DNA of 60,220 bases from an uncultured Candidatus Saccharibacteria bacterium (lineage in GTDB: Bacteria; Patescibacteriota; Minisyncoccia; Phycocordibacterales; UBA2135). Location: contig CAYGCZ010000002.1 of the NCBI GenBank assembly GCA_964348495.1, positions 8,588 to 68,807 of the forward strand, given 5' to 3'. This document shows positions 1-8,366 of this stretch, in pieces (the first letter of the stretch is position 1; each line of letters opens with the position of its first letter). The notes under the pieces were generated by a model. The model was given only the letters and a program-made list of their open reading frames with translations. It was not told where the DNA came from and did no database searches. The position numbers were made by a program, and so were the translations under genes.

Positions 1-173
1 CGCCGGCGACGAATTCTTTGTCTCAAAAGGTGCACCGCATCGCATTGGTGCCGGTTCGCAGGAACTCGTCTTTTTGGAGATCGCTTTGGGCGATTTTGAT
101 GAAGAGGACGTTGTACGCATCGACGATGCGTACGGTCGGGCATAGACCGGTGCGTGAGGGGGGTTATGTGATC

Positions 174-1319
174 ATGATATCCATACCATTACAAACAGGC
201 GATCTGGTGCTGATTGCATTTCTCATCGCGGTTTTACTCATCGCAACCTGGTTTTTGGCGTGGTTTGCCGGCGCATATGCCGTACGCAAGGCGATACGCC
301 GCCCACATCTTACTCGCTCGCCTCACAACCCGATCGTCGCCCCTATCGCCGGGTATCCGTGGCAGAGCGAGGCGGTCTTCAACCCTGCGGCGGTGCTCGG
401 CGAAGATGGCCGTGTGCATCTTTTCTATCGCGCCGTAGGTGGTGATGGCGTCTCTCGCATAGGACACGCCTCCAGTGCCGATGGTCAGCACTTTGATGAG
501 CGTTCGCCATACCCCGTTTTCATGTTACAGGAAGGGTACGAAGAGCAGGGGATGCGCACCGGACGGCCGGCATATTATAAGGAGCGGTACCCGGTCGTTT
601 CCGCCTCGGGTGGCGGTTGGGGCGGAAGCGAAGACCCGCGCGCCGTGTCATTGGAGGGCAAGATCGTCCTGACCTTCTCTGCTTTCCAGGGTTGGGATTC
701 TCTGCGTATGATGATGACGTCGCTCCGCGGGGGCGATCTCGCGCGGCGCGCATGGCGTTGGGAGACCCCCGCCTTCCTCTCTCCTCAAGGTCAAGTGCAT
801 AAGAATTGGGTGCTCTTCCCCGAAAAGATCGCCGGCAAGTATGCCGTCATCCACTCAATCACGCCGCGCATTCAGATCTGCTACGTCGATGCACTCGATG
901 CATCGCATGAAGGGTTGGGCATAGAGAGCGTGCATCAGCAATCATCCGGGGCCGATCATCCGTGGGCGGAGCGCATACGGGGGGCTGGAGCGCCGCCCCT
1001 CAAAACGCCGTATGGCTGGCTCCTCTTCTACCACGCTCTGCAGCGCGGTGAGCCGGATCGCTACAAACTCGGCGTGATGCTCTTGGACCTCGATCATCCC
1101 GAGCGCGTTCTGTATCGTTCGAGCTATCCCGTCTTGGAGCCGGAGACCTTCTATGAGAACGATGGCAAGCCCGGGGTGGTCTATGTGTGCGGCACCGTCG
1201 TTAAAGACGGCACACTCTATGTCTACTATGGCGGGGGCGACAAGACGGTCAATCTGGCCACTGCGCCTCTCGCCACTTTTCTGCGCGAGTTGATCCGCCC
1301 TGACCACGCCGTTTTATAA
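174..1319 (+). CDS. GH130-family (DUF377-type) glycoside phosphorylase/hydrolase with N-terminal transmembrane anchor
   Basis: The ORF 18..1319 opens with TTG. The ATG at 174 follows GAGGGGGG and gives a hydrophobic helix (LVLIAFLIAVLLIATWFLAWFAGAYAV). GH130-like motifs follow: SPHNPIVAP, WQSEAVFNPAAV, HLFYRAVG, SEDPR and a C-terminal YYGGGD. Confidence 0.8.
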   Translation: MISIPLQTGDLVLIAFLIAVLLIATWFLAWFAGAYAVRKAIRRPHLTRSPHNPIVAPIAGYPWQSEAVFNPAAVLGEDGRVHLFYRAVGGDGVSRIGHASSADGQHFDERSPYPVFMLQEGYEEQGMRTGRPAYYKERYPVVSASGGGWGGSEDPRAVSLEGKIVLTFSAFQGWDSLRMMMTSLRGGDLARRAWRWETPAFLSPQGQVHKNWVLFPEKIAGKYAVIHSITPRIQICYVDALDASHEGLGIESVHQQSSGADHPWAERIRGAGAPPLKTPYGWLLFYHALQRGEPDRYKLGVMLLDLDHPERVLYRSSYPVLEPETFYENDGKPGVVYVCGTVVKDGTLYVYYGGGDKTVNLATAPLATFLRELIRPDHAVL

Positions 1320-1331
1320 TCATCTCCATGT

Positions 1332-3257
1332 ATGTACGTCGCTCAACGCTCATCACACAATCCTATTTTGACGCCCAACCATAATCGTCCATGGGAGGCG
1401 TTGGGGGCGTTTAATCCTTCGCCGGTGCGGCGCGGTAGTGCGGTTCATATGCTCTATCGTGCACTCGGACTACCCGATACCCTCACCGGCAACATAAGTA
1501 TTTCTACCATCGGCAAGGCGGTCGCCGAGGACGGTATTGAGTTTCAGAGCCGCAAACAACTCGTCGTACCGGAGGAACTGTGGGAGCGCTACGGATGCGA
1601 AGACCCTCGCGTTACCTTTTTTGAGGGTCAGTATGTTATTTTTTACACAGCATTGAGCGGCGTCCCTTTTTCAAAAGATACGATCAAGGTCGCCTGCGCT
1701 ATCTCGCCCGATCTTGAGCAGGTGACTGAGCGCCATCTCGTTACGCCCTTCAACGGGAAGGCGATGACGCTCTTCCCCGAGCGCGTAAACGGCAAGGTGA
1801 CGGTGATCTTCAGCATGAACACCGACGATCCGCCGGCAAAGATCATGATTGCGCAGTGCGACCGGCTGGAACAATTATGGGATCCGGCTTTCTGGGAAGC
1901 ATGGCGGAGGGAGGGGATGGGGGCGCCTCTTGATCCGCGCCGTACCGATCGTGATCACGTCGAGATTGGTTCGCAACCGTTACAGACCGCCGCCGGTTGG
2001 CTCGTCTTCTATTCATACATCCAAAATTATTTCGGCGGCGGACCGCGCGTTTTCGGCATCGAGGCACTGCTCTTGGACGCTCAAGACCCTCGCCATATCG
2101 TTGGCAAGACGCACGGGCCGATCATGGTTCCCGAAGAGGTGTATGAACACTACGGCATGGTACCCAACGTCGTCTTTCCCTCGGGAGCAACTTTGGAGAA
2201 GAACGGAATCGTGGATATCTATTACGGCGCGGCGGATACCGTCTGCGCCAAGATGTCTCTCAACGTCGACGACTTACTCACCGCCATTTTGCTGGAGCGT
2301 GTCAGTTTTGCCGAGCGTTCCGCGCACAACCCCATCCTTGCGCCGATTGCCGAACATCCGTGGGAGAGCAAAGCCGTCTTTAACGCGGCGGCGATCGACA
2401 TCGACGACACTATCCATCTGCTCTATCGGGCAATGGGATCCGATAATACCTCCGTTTTGGGGTATGCGACAACAAAGAACGGCGAGACGATCACCGAGCG
2501 ATTGCCTGAGCCCGCATATGTGCCGCGTGAGCCCTTCGAGATGAAACGCGGCTCTCCCAACGGCAACTCGGGATGCGAAGATCCGCGCATCACGCGGATC
2601 GGCTCAACTTTGTACATGACCTACACCGCCTTCGACGGGATCGGCCCGTGGCGCGTCGCACTCTCGTCGATATCGGTCAAGGACTTTGTCGCAAAGCGTT
2701 TCCACGCATGGACGAAGCCCGTACTCATCACCCCCGAGAATGTAAACGACAAGAACATGTGTTTGTTCCCCGAAAAGATCGCCGGACAATACATGATCAT
2801 GCACCGTATCGGTAACATTCTCTGCGCCGACTTCCTGCCATCGTTGGATTTCTCCAAACAGGGCATTCGGCGATGCGTGGAGATCATGGGTCCGCGCGCC
2901 GGCATGTGGGACAGTCAAAAAATCGGCATCGCCGGTCCGCCGATCAAGACTGAGAAGGGGTGGGTACTCATCTACCACGGCATTTCCGTGAACATGACCT
3001 ACCGTCTCGGTGCCGTCCTCCTTGATCTCGATGATCCAACGCTCGTGCTTTCGCGCACCTCCGATGTCATCCTTGAGCCGCAGGAGTCGTACGAAAAGCA
3101 AGGGCAAGTGCACAATGTCGTCTTTTCCTGCGGGGTTGTGCGTCGCAAGGATACCTTGCTTATCTACTATGGCGGCGGCGATACCACACTTGATGTCGCC
3201 AAAGTGTCGCTCAAAAAATTACTCAAAATTTTATCCCCCAAGGGAATGGATTTATAA
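1332..3257 (+). CDS. Tandem double GH130-domain protein
   Basis: Two complete GH130-like modules in one 641-aa ORF. The first starts at SSHNPILTP..WEALGAFNPSPV and ends at YYGAAD. The second starts at SAHNPILAP..WESKAVFNAAAI and ends at YYGGGD. Both contain CEDPR. Confidence 0.85.
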   Translation: MYVAQRSSHNPILTPNHNRPWEALGAFNPSPVRRGSAVHMLYRALGLPDTLTGNISISTIGKAVAEDGIEFQSRKQLVVPEELWERYGCEDPRVTFFEGQYVIFYTALSGVPFSKDTIKVACAISPDLEQVTERHLVTPFNGKAMTLFPERVNGKVTVIFSMNTDDPPAKIMIAQCDRLEQLWDPAFWEAWRREGMGAPLDPRRTDRDHVEIGSQPLQTAAGWLVFYSYIQNYFGGGPRVFGIEALLLDAQDPRHIVGKTHGPIMVPEEVYEHYGMVPNVVFPSGATLEKNGIVDIYYGAADTVCAKMSLNVDDLLTAILLERVSFAERSAHNPILAPIAEHPWESKAVFNAAAIDIDDTIHLLYRAMGSDNTSVLGYATTKNGETITERLPEPAYVPREPFEMKRGSPNGNSGCEDPRITRIGSTLYMTYTAFDGIGPWRVALSSISVKDFVAKRFHAWTKPVLITPENVNDKNMCLFPEKIAGQYMIMHRIGNILCADFLPSLDFSKQGIRRCVEIMGPRAGMWDSQKIGIAGPPIKTEKGWVLIYHGISVNMTYRLGAVLLDLDDPTLVLSRTSDVILEPQESYEKQGQVHNVVFSCGVVRRKDTLLIYYGGGDTTLDVAKVSLKKLLKILSPKGMDL

Positions 3258-3267
3258 TGGAGTTTGT

Positions 3268-4020
3268 ATGGAACCATCACCACGTCTCGTCGCCTTCGAT
3301 CTGGATGGCACACTCGCCGAAAGTAAGACACCTATGACCAAAGACATGGGTGTTTTGCTCGCACGCCTTTTGAACAAGGTGCCTGTCGCCGTCATGTCCG
3401 GCGGTTCGTTTCCGCAGTTTGAACGTCAATTTTTTCCCGGATTGCCGGAGGGACAACCGCTCGGAGCATTGTATATGTTTCCTACGAGCGGCGCCCAATG
3501 CTATCGGCACGAGGGCGGGTCGTGGAAGTTGGTATATGATTGTTCGTTTGATGAGGAGGAACAACAGCGTATCATTGACGTACTCTGCGAGACGGCCCGC
3601 ATGACCGGACTTGATGCGCCGGCCCGCATGTGGGGGCACCTCATTGAAGACCGAGGCGCGCAAGTCACTTTTTCCGCTCTCGGACAGGAGGCGCCGCTTG
3701 CGGAAAAGCAAGAGTGGCACAAGGCGCACGATGCCGATCGTCAAAAAATGCGCGAGATGGCCGCGGCGATGCTCCCCAACTATTCGGTGCGCACCGGCGG
3801 ATTGACCTCCATCGACGTAACCCGTGCGGGCATCACCAAAGCATATGGCGTGCGCTGTCTTGAACGCCTGACGATGATCCCCGCCGCCGATATGCTCTAT
3901 GTGGGCGATGCCTTGTATGAAGGGGGCAACGACGAGGTCGTCAAAGAAGCCGGAGTTGCAACACGACAGGTAAGTGGTCCCGAGGAGACGGCGGGTGTGA
4001 TAGAGGGGTTGGTGAGGTAA
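3268..4020 (+). CDS. HAD-IIB hydrolase, eukaryotic-type phosphomannomutase-like
   Basis: An in-frame ATG at 3268 lies just after the upstream stop. Motifs: FDLDGTL (HAD motif I), VAVMSGGS, RTGGLTSIDV..GITKAY and VGD..EGGNDE. Their order matches PMM-type HAD proteins. Confidence 0.7.
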   Translation: MEPSPRLVAFDLDGTLAESKTPMTKDMGVLLARLLNKVPVAVMSGGSFPQFERQFFPGLPEGQPLGALYMFPTSGAQCYRHEGGSWKLVYDCSFDEEEQQRIIDVLCETARMTGLDAPARMWGHLIEDRGAQVTFSALGQEAPLAEKQEWHKAHDADRQKMREMAAAMLPNYSVRTGGLTSIDVTRAGITKAYGVRCLERLTMIPAADMLYVGDALYEGGNDEVVKEAGVATRQVSGPEETAGVIEGLVR

Positions 4021-4043
4021 CTTTTTTGCGCCCCGCTGGTGTG

Positions 4044-4063
4044 TGATATACTCGTACTACTAT
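4044..4063 (+). promoter_or_regulatory. Extended -10 boxes upstream of coiled-coil gene 4071
   Basis: TGATATACT (4044..4052) and TACTAT (4058..4063). The latter is 7 nt from the ATG. Confidence 0.45.
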
Positions 4064-4070
4064 TCCCACT

Positions 4071-4373
4071 ATGATCGACGAAACGACAAAACACATCTTG
4101 GAGATAATCACTAATATCCAAGAGAACATGGCGACGAAAGACGATATCAAGAACATGGCCACGAAGGATGATATTGCCTCTCTAGAGGCACGTATGGCAA
4201 CGAAGGATGACCTCTCTGAACTTCGTAGAGATGTGAGTGCGCGCATAGATGAAAACACAAAAGCCATCGAAGAACTGCGCGAAGAGGTGCACGGCATGCG
4301 TGGCTATGCAAAAGAAATCGATCACGTCATCTCGCGCGTATCCGTGTTGGAGCATCATGCAGGTGCGCGGTAG
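4071..4373 (+). CDS. Small coiled-coil protein (paralog 1) with three MATKDD(I/L) repeats
   Basis: 100-aa ORF with internal repeats starting at 4128, 4155 and 4194. The C-terminal 40 aa are identical to those of ORF 5444..5746. Confidence 0.65.
   Translation: MIDETTKHILEIITNIQENMATKDDIKNMATKDDIASLEARMATKDDLSELRRDVSARIDENTKAIEELREEVHGMRGYAKEIDHVISRVSVLEHHAGAR
4251..4373 (+). repeat. Direct repeat copy 1 (123 nt), 122/123 identical to 5624..5746
   Basis: Base-by-base comparison by hand shows one difference: G at 4346 versus A at 5719 (synonymous Val codon). Confidence 0.95.
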
Positions 4374-4378
4374 GAAAT

Positions 4379-5410
4379 ATGAAAAAAATTCTTTTAGAAC
4401 GGTATCCCAACAACGAAGACCCTGTTCCGATTTTGATGCCACGGAACGATGTTGAATGGGAGGCAAAGGCGGTTTTCAATCCCTCGGTCTTCAAAGATCA
4501 GGGTGTCTTTCATATGGTATATCGCACCTATCCAAAGATATTGGAGGAGGGTGCGCCACGGTATAAACGACCGGGGCGGTATCTTATTAATCAGGCCTCA
4601 TATATTGGCTATGCCCAAAGTACTGATGGCATACACTTTGAGCGTCGAGACTTTTCACTTATTGCGCCCGATCAAGAGTATGATCGCTATGGGTGTGAAG
4701 ATCCGCGTATCACCAAGATAGGCGATACGTTTTATATCACCTATACGGCGATTGATGCACCGTTAGATAAAAAGAAAGAATATCGCCCCAACATTCGCAT
4801 CGCTCTTGCGACTACTAAAGATTTTGTAACCATAGAGAAGCGTGGAATTATAGGTCCGTCGGTGCAATCAAAAGCCGCGGCATTTTTTCCTGATTTTGTT
4901 GCGGGCGGCAGGATTGGTCTCTTAATGACGATCAATGCTGATTCGGTGAATTCACGGATTGCCATACGATATTATGATTCCATCGACGACATACTCACCT
5001 CTCGAAGCGACAAAGATTGGGGACACTATTTCGAGAATCCATCTATCGTTTTTGATACGGCGTGGTGGTTACATCGTGGTCCCGAGTTGGGCGCTCCTCC
5101 TATAAAGACGGATAAGGGGTGGTTGATTATTTTTTCAGCGGAATCAATGTCTGATACGTGGACGATCGGCGCGGCATTACTTGATCTTGAAAATCCTCAG
5201 AAACTGATCGCGCGGGTACCCGGATACTTGTTGCAACCTGTTACCGCATATGAGCGCGATGGATTGGTGCCTCAGGTAACGTTTCCCGGAGGTGCTGTTA
5301 TTGTCGATGATGAATTGTATGTTTACTATGGTTGTGCCGATACGGTGATTGGTCTTGCACGATGCAGACTTACTGAGTTGCTGGCGTACCTAGAAGCATG
5401 TCGGCAATAG
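4379..5410 (+). CDS. GH130-family glycoside phosphorylase/hydrolase (visibly lower GC than the neighbouring GH130 genes)
   Basis: Motifs WEAKAVFNPSVF, HMVYR, CEDPR and a C-terminal YYGCAD. Codon usage is AT-richer than in genes 174..3257. Confidence 0.85.
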   Translation: MKKILLERYPNNEDPVPILMPRNDVEWEAKAVFNPSVFKDQGVFHMVYRTYPKILEEGAPRYKRPGRYLINQASYIGYAQSTDGIHFERRDFSLIAPDQEYDRYGCEDPRITKIGDTFYITYTAIDAPLDKKKEYRPNIRIALATTKDFVTIEKRGIIGPSVQSKAAAFFPDFVAGGRIGLLMTINADSVNSRIAIRYYDSIDDILTSRSDKDWGHYFENPSIVFDTAWWLHRGPELGAPPIKTDKGWLIIFSAESMSDTWTIGAALLDLENPQKLIARVPGYLLQPVTAYERDGLVPQVTFPGGAVIVDDELYVYYGCADTVIGLARCRLTELLAYLEACRQ

Positions 5411-5428
5411 AGAGGAAATCTTGGTATA

Positions 5429-5437
5429 TGATATACT
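5429..5437 (+). promoter_or_regulatory. Extended -10 (TGATATACT), 6 nt from ATG 5444
   Basis: Sequence match and spacing. Confidence 0.5.
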
Positions 5438-5443
5438 AAAATC

Positions 5444-5746
5444 ATGATCGACGAAACAGCAAAACACATCTTGGAGATTGTTACCGATATTCAAGAAAAG
5501 ATGGCGACAAAAGAGGATCTCGCCGAAGTTCGCACTGAACTCAAAAATAACATCGCCGAAGTTCGCGCTGAATTAAAAGGTGAAATTATGGAGGTGCGTA
5601 CTGAGTTGGGTGCGCAGATTCGCGAAAACACAAAAGCCATCGAAGAACTGCGCGAAGAGGTGCACGGCATGCGTGGCTATGCAAAAGAAATCGATCACGT
5701 CATCTCGCGCGTATCCGTATTGGAGCATCATGCAGGTGCGCGGTAG
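5444..5746 (+). CDS. Small coiled-coil protein (paralog 2) with three 11-aa AEVRxELKxxI repeats
   Basis: 100-aa ORF with 33-nt repeats starting at 5522, 5555 and 5588. N- and C-termini match ORF 4071..4373. Confidence 0.65.
   Translation: MIDETAKHILEIVTDIQEKMATKEDLAEVRTELKNNIAEVRAELKGEIMEVRTELGAQIRENTKAIEELREEVHGMRGYAKEIDHVISRVSVLEHHAGAR
5624..5746 (+). repeat. Direct repeat copy 2 (123 nt)
   Basis: See copy 1. Both copies end with the stop codon of a coiled-coil gene. Confidence 0.95.
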
Positions 5747-5768
5747 AGGAGGTGCGTATGATCTCCTT

Positions 5769-6581
5769 TTACAAAATAGCGATCGCAAAGACGATGGCTA
5801 TCGCGATGCGGTAGATACCAAACGAGGCAAACGAGTGTGAGCGAATATAGGTGAGGAGCCAGCGGATAGCGATGATGGCGGTTATAAACGAAGCGACAAA
5901 GCCGATGGCAAGCGAGAGGAATTGGTCGGTGTTGAATGCACCGGCGTTTTTAATAAGATCCAATCCTGTCGCCGCCGCCATCGTGGGGATGGCGAGGAGG
6001 AATGAGAATTCGGCGATGGTGCGTCGCTCAATGCCCATGAGCAAACCCCCGACGATCGTCGCCCCCGAGCGGGAGACGCCCGGTATCATGGCGACGGCTT
6101 GAAAGATACCCAGTGCGAGTGCTTGCCCGTAGGAGACACCCATGGCGATGTCGAGCGGTGCCGTTGGCTCTTCCGGCTTGCGGGGCGCGGCGGCCACGGC
6201 CGCCGCGCCCCTTCGGAGATGCCACTCCACGAAGATAAGGACAATACCACCCAGAGCAAGCGCCCACAGCATGAGTGAGAGGTTGCCGATCAGATACGTT
6301 TTGACCACCTTGTAGAGCGCGAGGCCAATGATGCCGGTAGGGATAAAGGCGACGATGATTTTTTTGATAAGGGGCAGGTCGGTAATGCGTCTCCAATAGA
6401 GCACAGCGACGGCAAGGATCGCACCGCTCTGGATCGCGATCTCAAAGGACTTTACATACTCCGTTTGCGCGATGCCCAAAAGATGTGAGGTGAGGATGAG
6501 GTGCGCCGTTGAGGAGATGGGGAGGAACTCGGTGATACCTTCCACGATGCCGAGGATGAGGGAGGAGAAGATGTCTATCAT
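5769..6581 (-). CDS. uppP: Undecaprenyl-diphosphate phosphatase
   Basis: The N-terminus GIVEGITEFLPISSTAHLIL is the classic UppP/BacA signature. The protein is polytopic and membrane-embedded. Confidence 0.93.
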   Translation of the reverse strand: MIDIFSSLILGIVEGITEFLPISSTAHLILTSHLLGIAQTEYVKSFEIAIQSGAILAVAVLYWRRITDLPLIKKIIVAFIPTGIIGLALYKVVKTYLIGNLSLMLWALALGGIVLIFVEWHLRRGAAAVAAAPRKPEEPTAPLDIAMGVSYGQALALGIFQAVAMIPGVSRSGATIVGGLLMGIERRTIAEFSFLLAIPTMAAATGLDLIKNAGAFNTDQFLSLAIGFVASFITAIIAIRWLLTYIRSHSFASFGIYRIAIAIVFAIAIL

Positions 6582-6655
6582 AGAACCCTCAGTATAGCAT
6601 GTCTGTGTGGGTAACTTTGTTTCAGAGTGTATGGTGTCCAGGTATACTTAAGTAC

Positions 6656-7204
6656 ATGAACGAAACACACGAAACGGCGGTCTTTGGGGGAGGGTGTTTC
6701 TGGTGTACCGAGGCGGTTTTCAAGATGCTGAAGGGCGTCATCTCCGTAGGCCCCGGCTATGCGGGCGGCACGACGGAAAACCCAACGTATGAAGAGGTAA
6801 GCAGTGGCACAACGGGCCACGCCGAAGTGATCAAAATCGTCTTTGATCCTGTGCAGGTTACCTATCGCACCTTGCTGACCGTCTTTTTCGGCAGTCACGA
6901 TCCGACGACCAAGAATAGACAGGGTAACGACGTCGGCACCCAATACCGTTCCGTTATCTTGTACACGACGCCCGAGCAGAAGGAGGTCGCCGAGAGTTTT
7001 ATTCGCGAGCTCAATGCGTCGGCGAGCGAGGGCGCCCCGATTGTGACGGAGGTCGCCCCGCTTACGAAATTCTACGATGCGGAGGAGTATCATAAGGATT
7101 ATTACGCGCGCAACAAGAATGCCGGATATTGTCAGGTCGTCATCAATCCTAAGTTGGAAAAAGTGCAGAAGGAGTTTGCGGGATTATTAAAAGACATTTC
7201 ATAA
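6656..7204 (+). CDS. msrA: Peptide-methionine (S)-S-oxide reductase
   Basis: GGGCFWCTEAVF active-site motif. The ATG at 6656 lies 7 nt after a TATACT box. Confidence 0.92.
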   Translation: MNETHETAVFGGGCFWCTEAVFKMLKGVISVGPGYAGGTTENPTYEEVSSGTTGHAEVIKIVFDPVQVTYRTLLTVFFGSHDPTTKNRQGNDVGTQYRSVILYTTPEQKEVAESFIRELNASASEGAPIVTEVAPLTKFYDAEEYHKDYYARNKNAGYCQVVINPKLEKVQKEFAGLLKDIS

Positions 7205-7214
7205 GTATCCGCGT

Positions 7215-7299
7215 GATACACCGACAGTGCCGCCACGAGAGGGCGCTCCGGGCCGCTCGGCCAAGTCCTACCCTCTCGCAACGGCACAGTCGGTATATC
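7215..7299 (+). other. Nested stem-loop element between msrA and msrB
   Basis: The outer arms GATACACCGACAGTGCCG (7215..7232) and CGGCACAGTCGGTATATC (7282..7299) have two mismatches. The inner 8-bp stem CGAGAGGG/CCCTCTCG (7236..7243, 7271..7278) is perfect. No U-tract. Confidence 0.6.
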
Positions 7300-7315
7300 A
7301 TCACTTTGTATCTTT

Positions 7316-7717
7316 ATGGCGAACACTAACAATAATCAACCGATGCCGCAGAACGAAGGGGAGTGGAAGGAGCGGCTCACTCCGGAGCAGTACGCCGTCT
7401 TGCGCGAGAAGGGCACCGAAGCGGCTTTTTCAGGCAAACTCGGAGCCCCCGACAAAGACGGCGTGTATCATTGCGCCGCGTGCGGCAATCCGCTCTTTGC
7501 GGCCGGTGCCAAGTTTGACTCCGGTACGGGGTGGCCCAGTTTCGACGAAGCCCTCCCCGGCGCCGTGCGCCTCGTGGCCGATACCTCGTACGGCATGGAG
7601 CGTACCGAGGCGGTGTGCGCGAAGTGCGGCTCGCACCTCGGACACCTCTTTGACGACGGGCCCACCGACACCGGCAAGCGGTATTGCATGAACGCCGTGT
7701 GCCTTACGAACGAATAG
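7316..7717 (+). CDS. msrB: Peptide-methionine (R)-S-oxide reductase
   Basis: Zinc motifs CAACGNPLF and CAKCGSHLGHLF, plus GWPSF. Confidence 0.92.
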   Translation: MANTNNNQPMPQNEGEWKERLTPEQYAVLREKGTEAAFSGKLGAPDKDGVYHCAACGNPLFAAGAKFDSGTGWPSFDEALPGAVRLVADTSYGMERTEAVCAKCGSHLGHLFDDGPTDTGKRYCMNAVCLTNE

Positions 7718-7753
7718 CCATACTTCATTATTCCTGCTTCCTCATTCATTTGT

Positions 7754-8179
7754 ATGGAAATCATCATCAATCACTACGCGGTCATCGTGGCCGCCATCTC
7801 GAGCATTGTTATGGGCTCACTCTGGTACGGTCCCCTCTTCGGTAAGCAGTGGATGGCGCTTATGGGCTTTACTCAAGAGCAGATGGAAGCAGCAAAAAAG
7901 AAGGGTATGACAAAGAGCTATCTTTTTGCTCTCGTCGGCTCCTTCCTCACAGCATATGTGCTCGCCTATGCAATCGCATTTACCAATACACTCTTTGGTA
8001 CGCAAGGCGGGGTGATTGGCATCACCGTTGGTTACTTCGCATGGCTCGGCTTCGTCGTCCCCGCATCTTTGAGCACCGTCTTGTGGGAGGGGCGGCCGTG
8101 GAAGCTCTTCTTCCTCAACATCGGTTATTACCTCGCGCTCTTTGTCGTGATGGGAGCAATCCTCGGCGCGTGGATGTAG
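7754..8179 (+). CDS. DUF1761-family membrane protein
   Basis: An N-terminal SLWYGPLFGKQWMALMG motif and four hydrophobic segments. Confidence 0.7.
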   Translation: MEIIINHYAVIVAAISSIVMGSLWYGPLFGKQWMALMGFTQEQMEAAKKKGMTKSYLFALVGSFLTAYVLAYAIAFTNTLFGTQGGVIGITVGYFAWLGFVVPASLSTVLWEGRPWKLFFLNIGYYLALFVVMGAILGAWM

Positions 8180-8182
8180 TAG

Positions 8183-8250
8183 AGAATGTAGAATTTGGAA
8201 TATAGAATATGGAGAATATCGGCCGCATCGCTTCGCGATGCGGCCGATAT
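8183..8250 (+). repeat. REP/MITE-like element copy A: AGAATGTAGAAT motif plus a perfect 16-bp hairpin
   Basis: It starts 4 nt after the stop codon of the DUF1761 gene. The hairpin ATATCGGCCGCATCGC-TTC-GCGATGCGGCCGATAT spans 8216..8250 and has no U-tract. Confidence 0.8.
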
Positions 8251-8366
8251 TTGCGGGACATGCTTCAGAGAAAGAACCTATCATACCTTTTCCGCGCAGT
8301 TCTGCAACACGTGATCATATTGCAGAAGCAAGAACGATATAAACGTGTGATATACTGCCAACATGG

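Noticed and set aside
18-173. 5' extension of the first GH130 ORF (TTG start at 18)
   Set aside because: The extension is Arg/Ser-rich and has no GH130 similarity. An ATG at 174 preceded by GAGGGGGG starts a clean transmembrane helix. A possible minus-strand reading frame in 22..170 has no start codon.
3010-3267. Upstream part of ORF 3010..4020, overlapping the end of the tandem GH130 gene
   Set aside because: It is out of frame with, and overlaps, a well-supported gene. The HAD motif I (FDLDGTL) follows directly after the ATG at 3268.
4251-5746. Diversity-generating retroelement (template/variable repeat pair) as the explanation for the 123-nt repeats
   Set aside because: No reverse transcriptase gene is nearby. 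There is only one difference (A/G) and it is synonymous, not the adenine-specific mutational scatter expected of a DGR.
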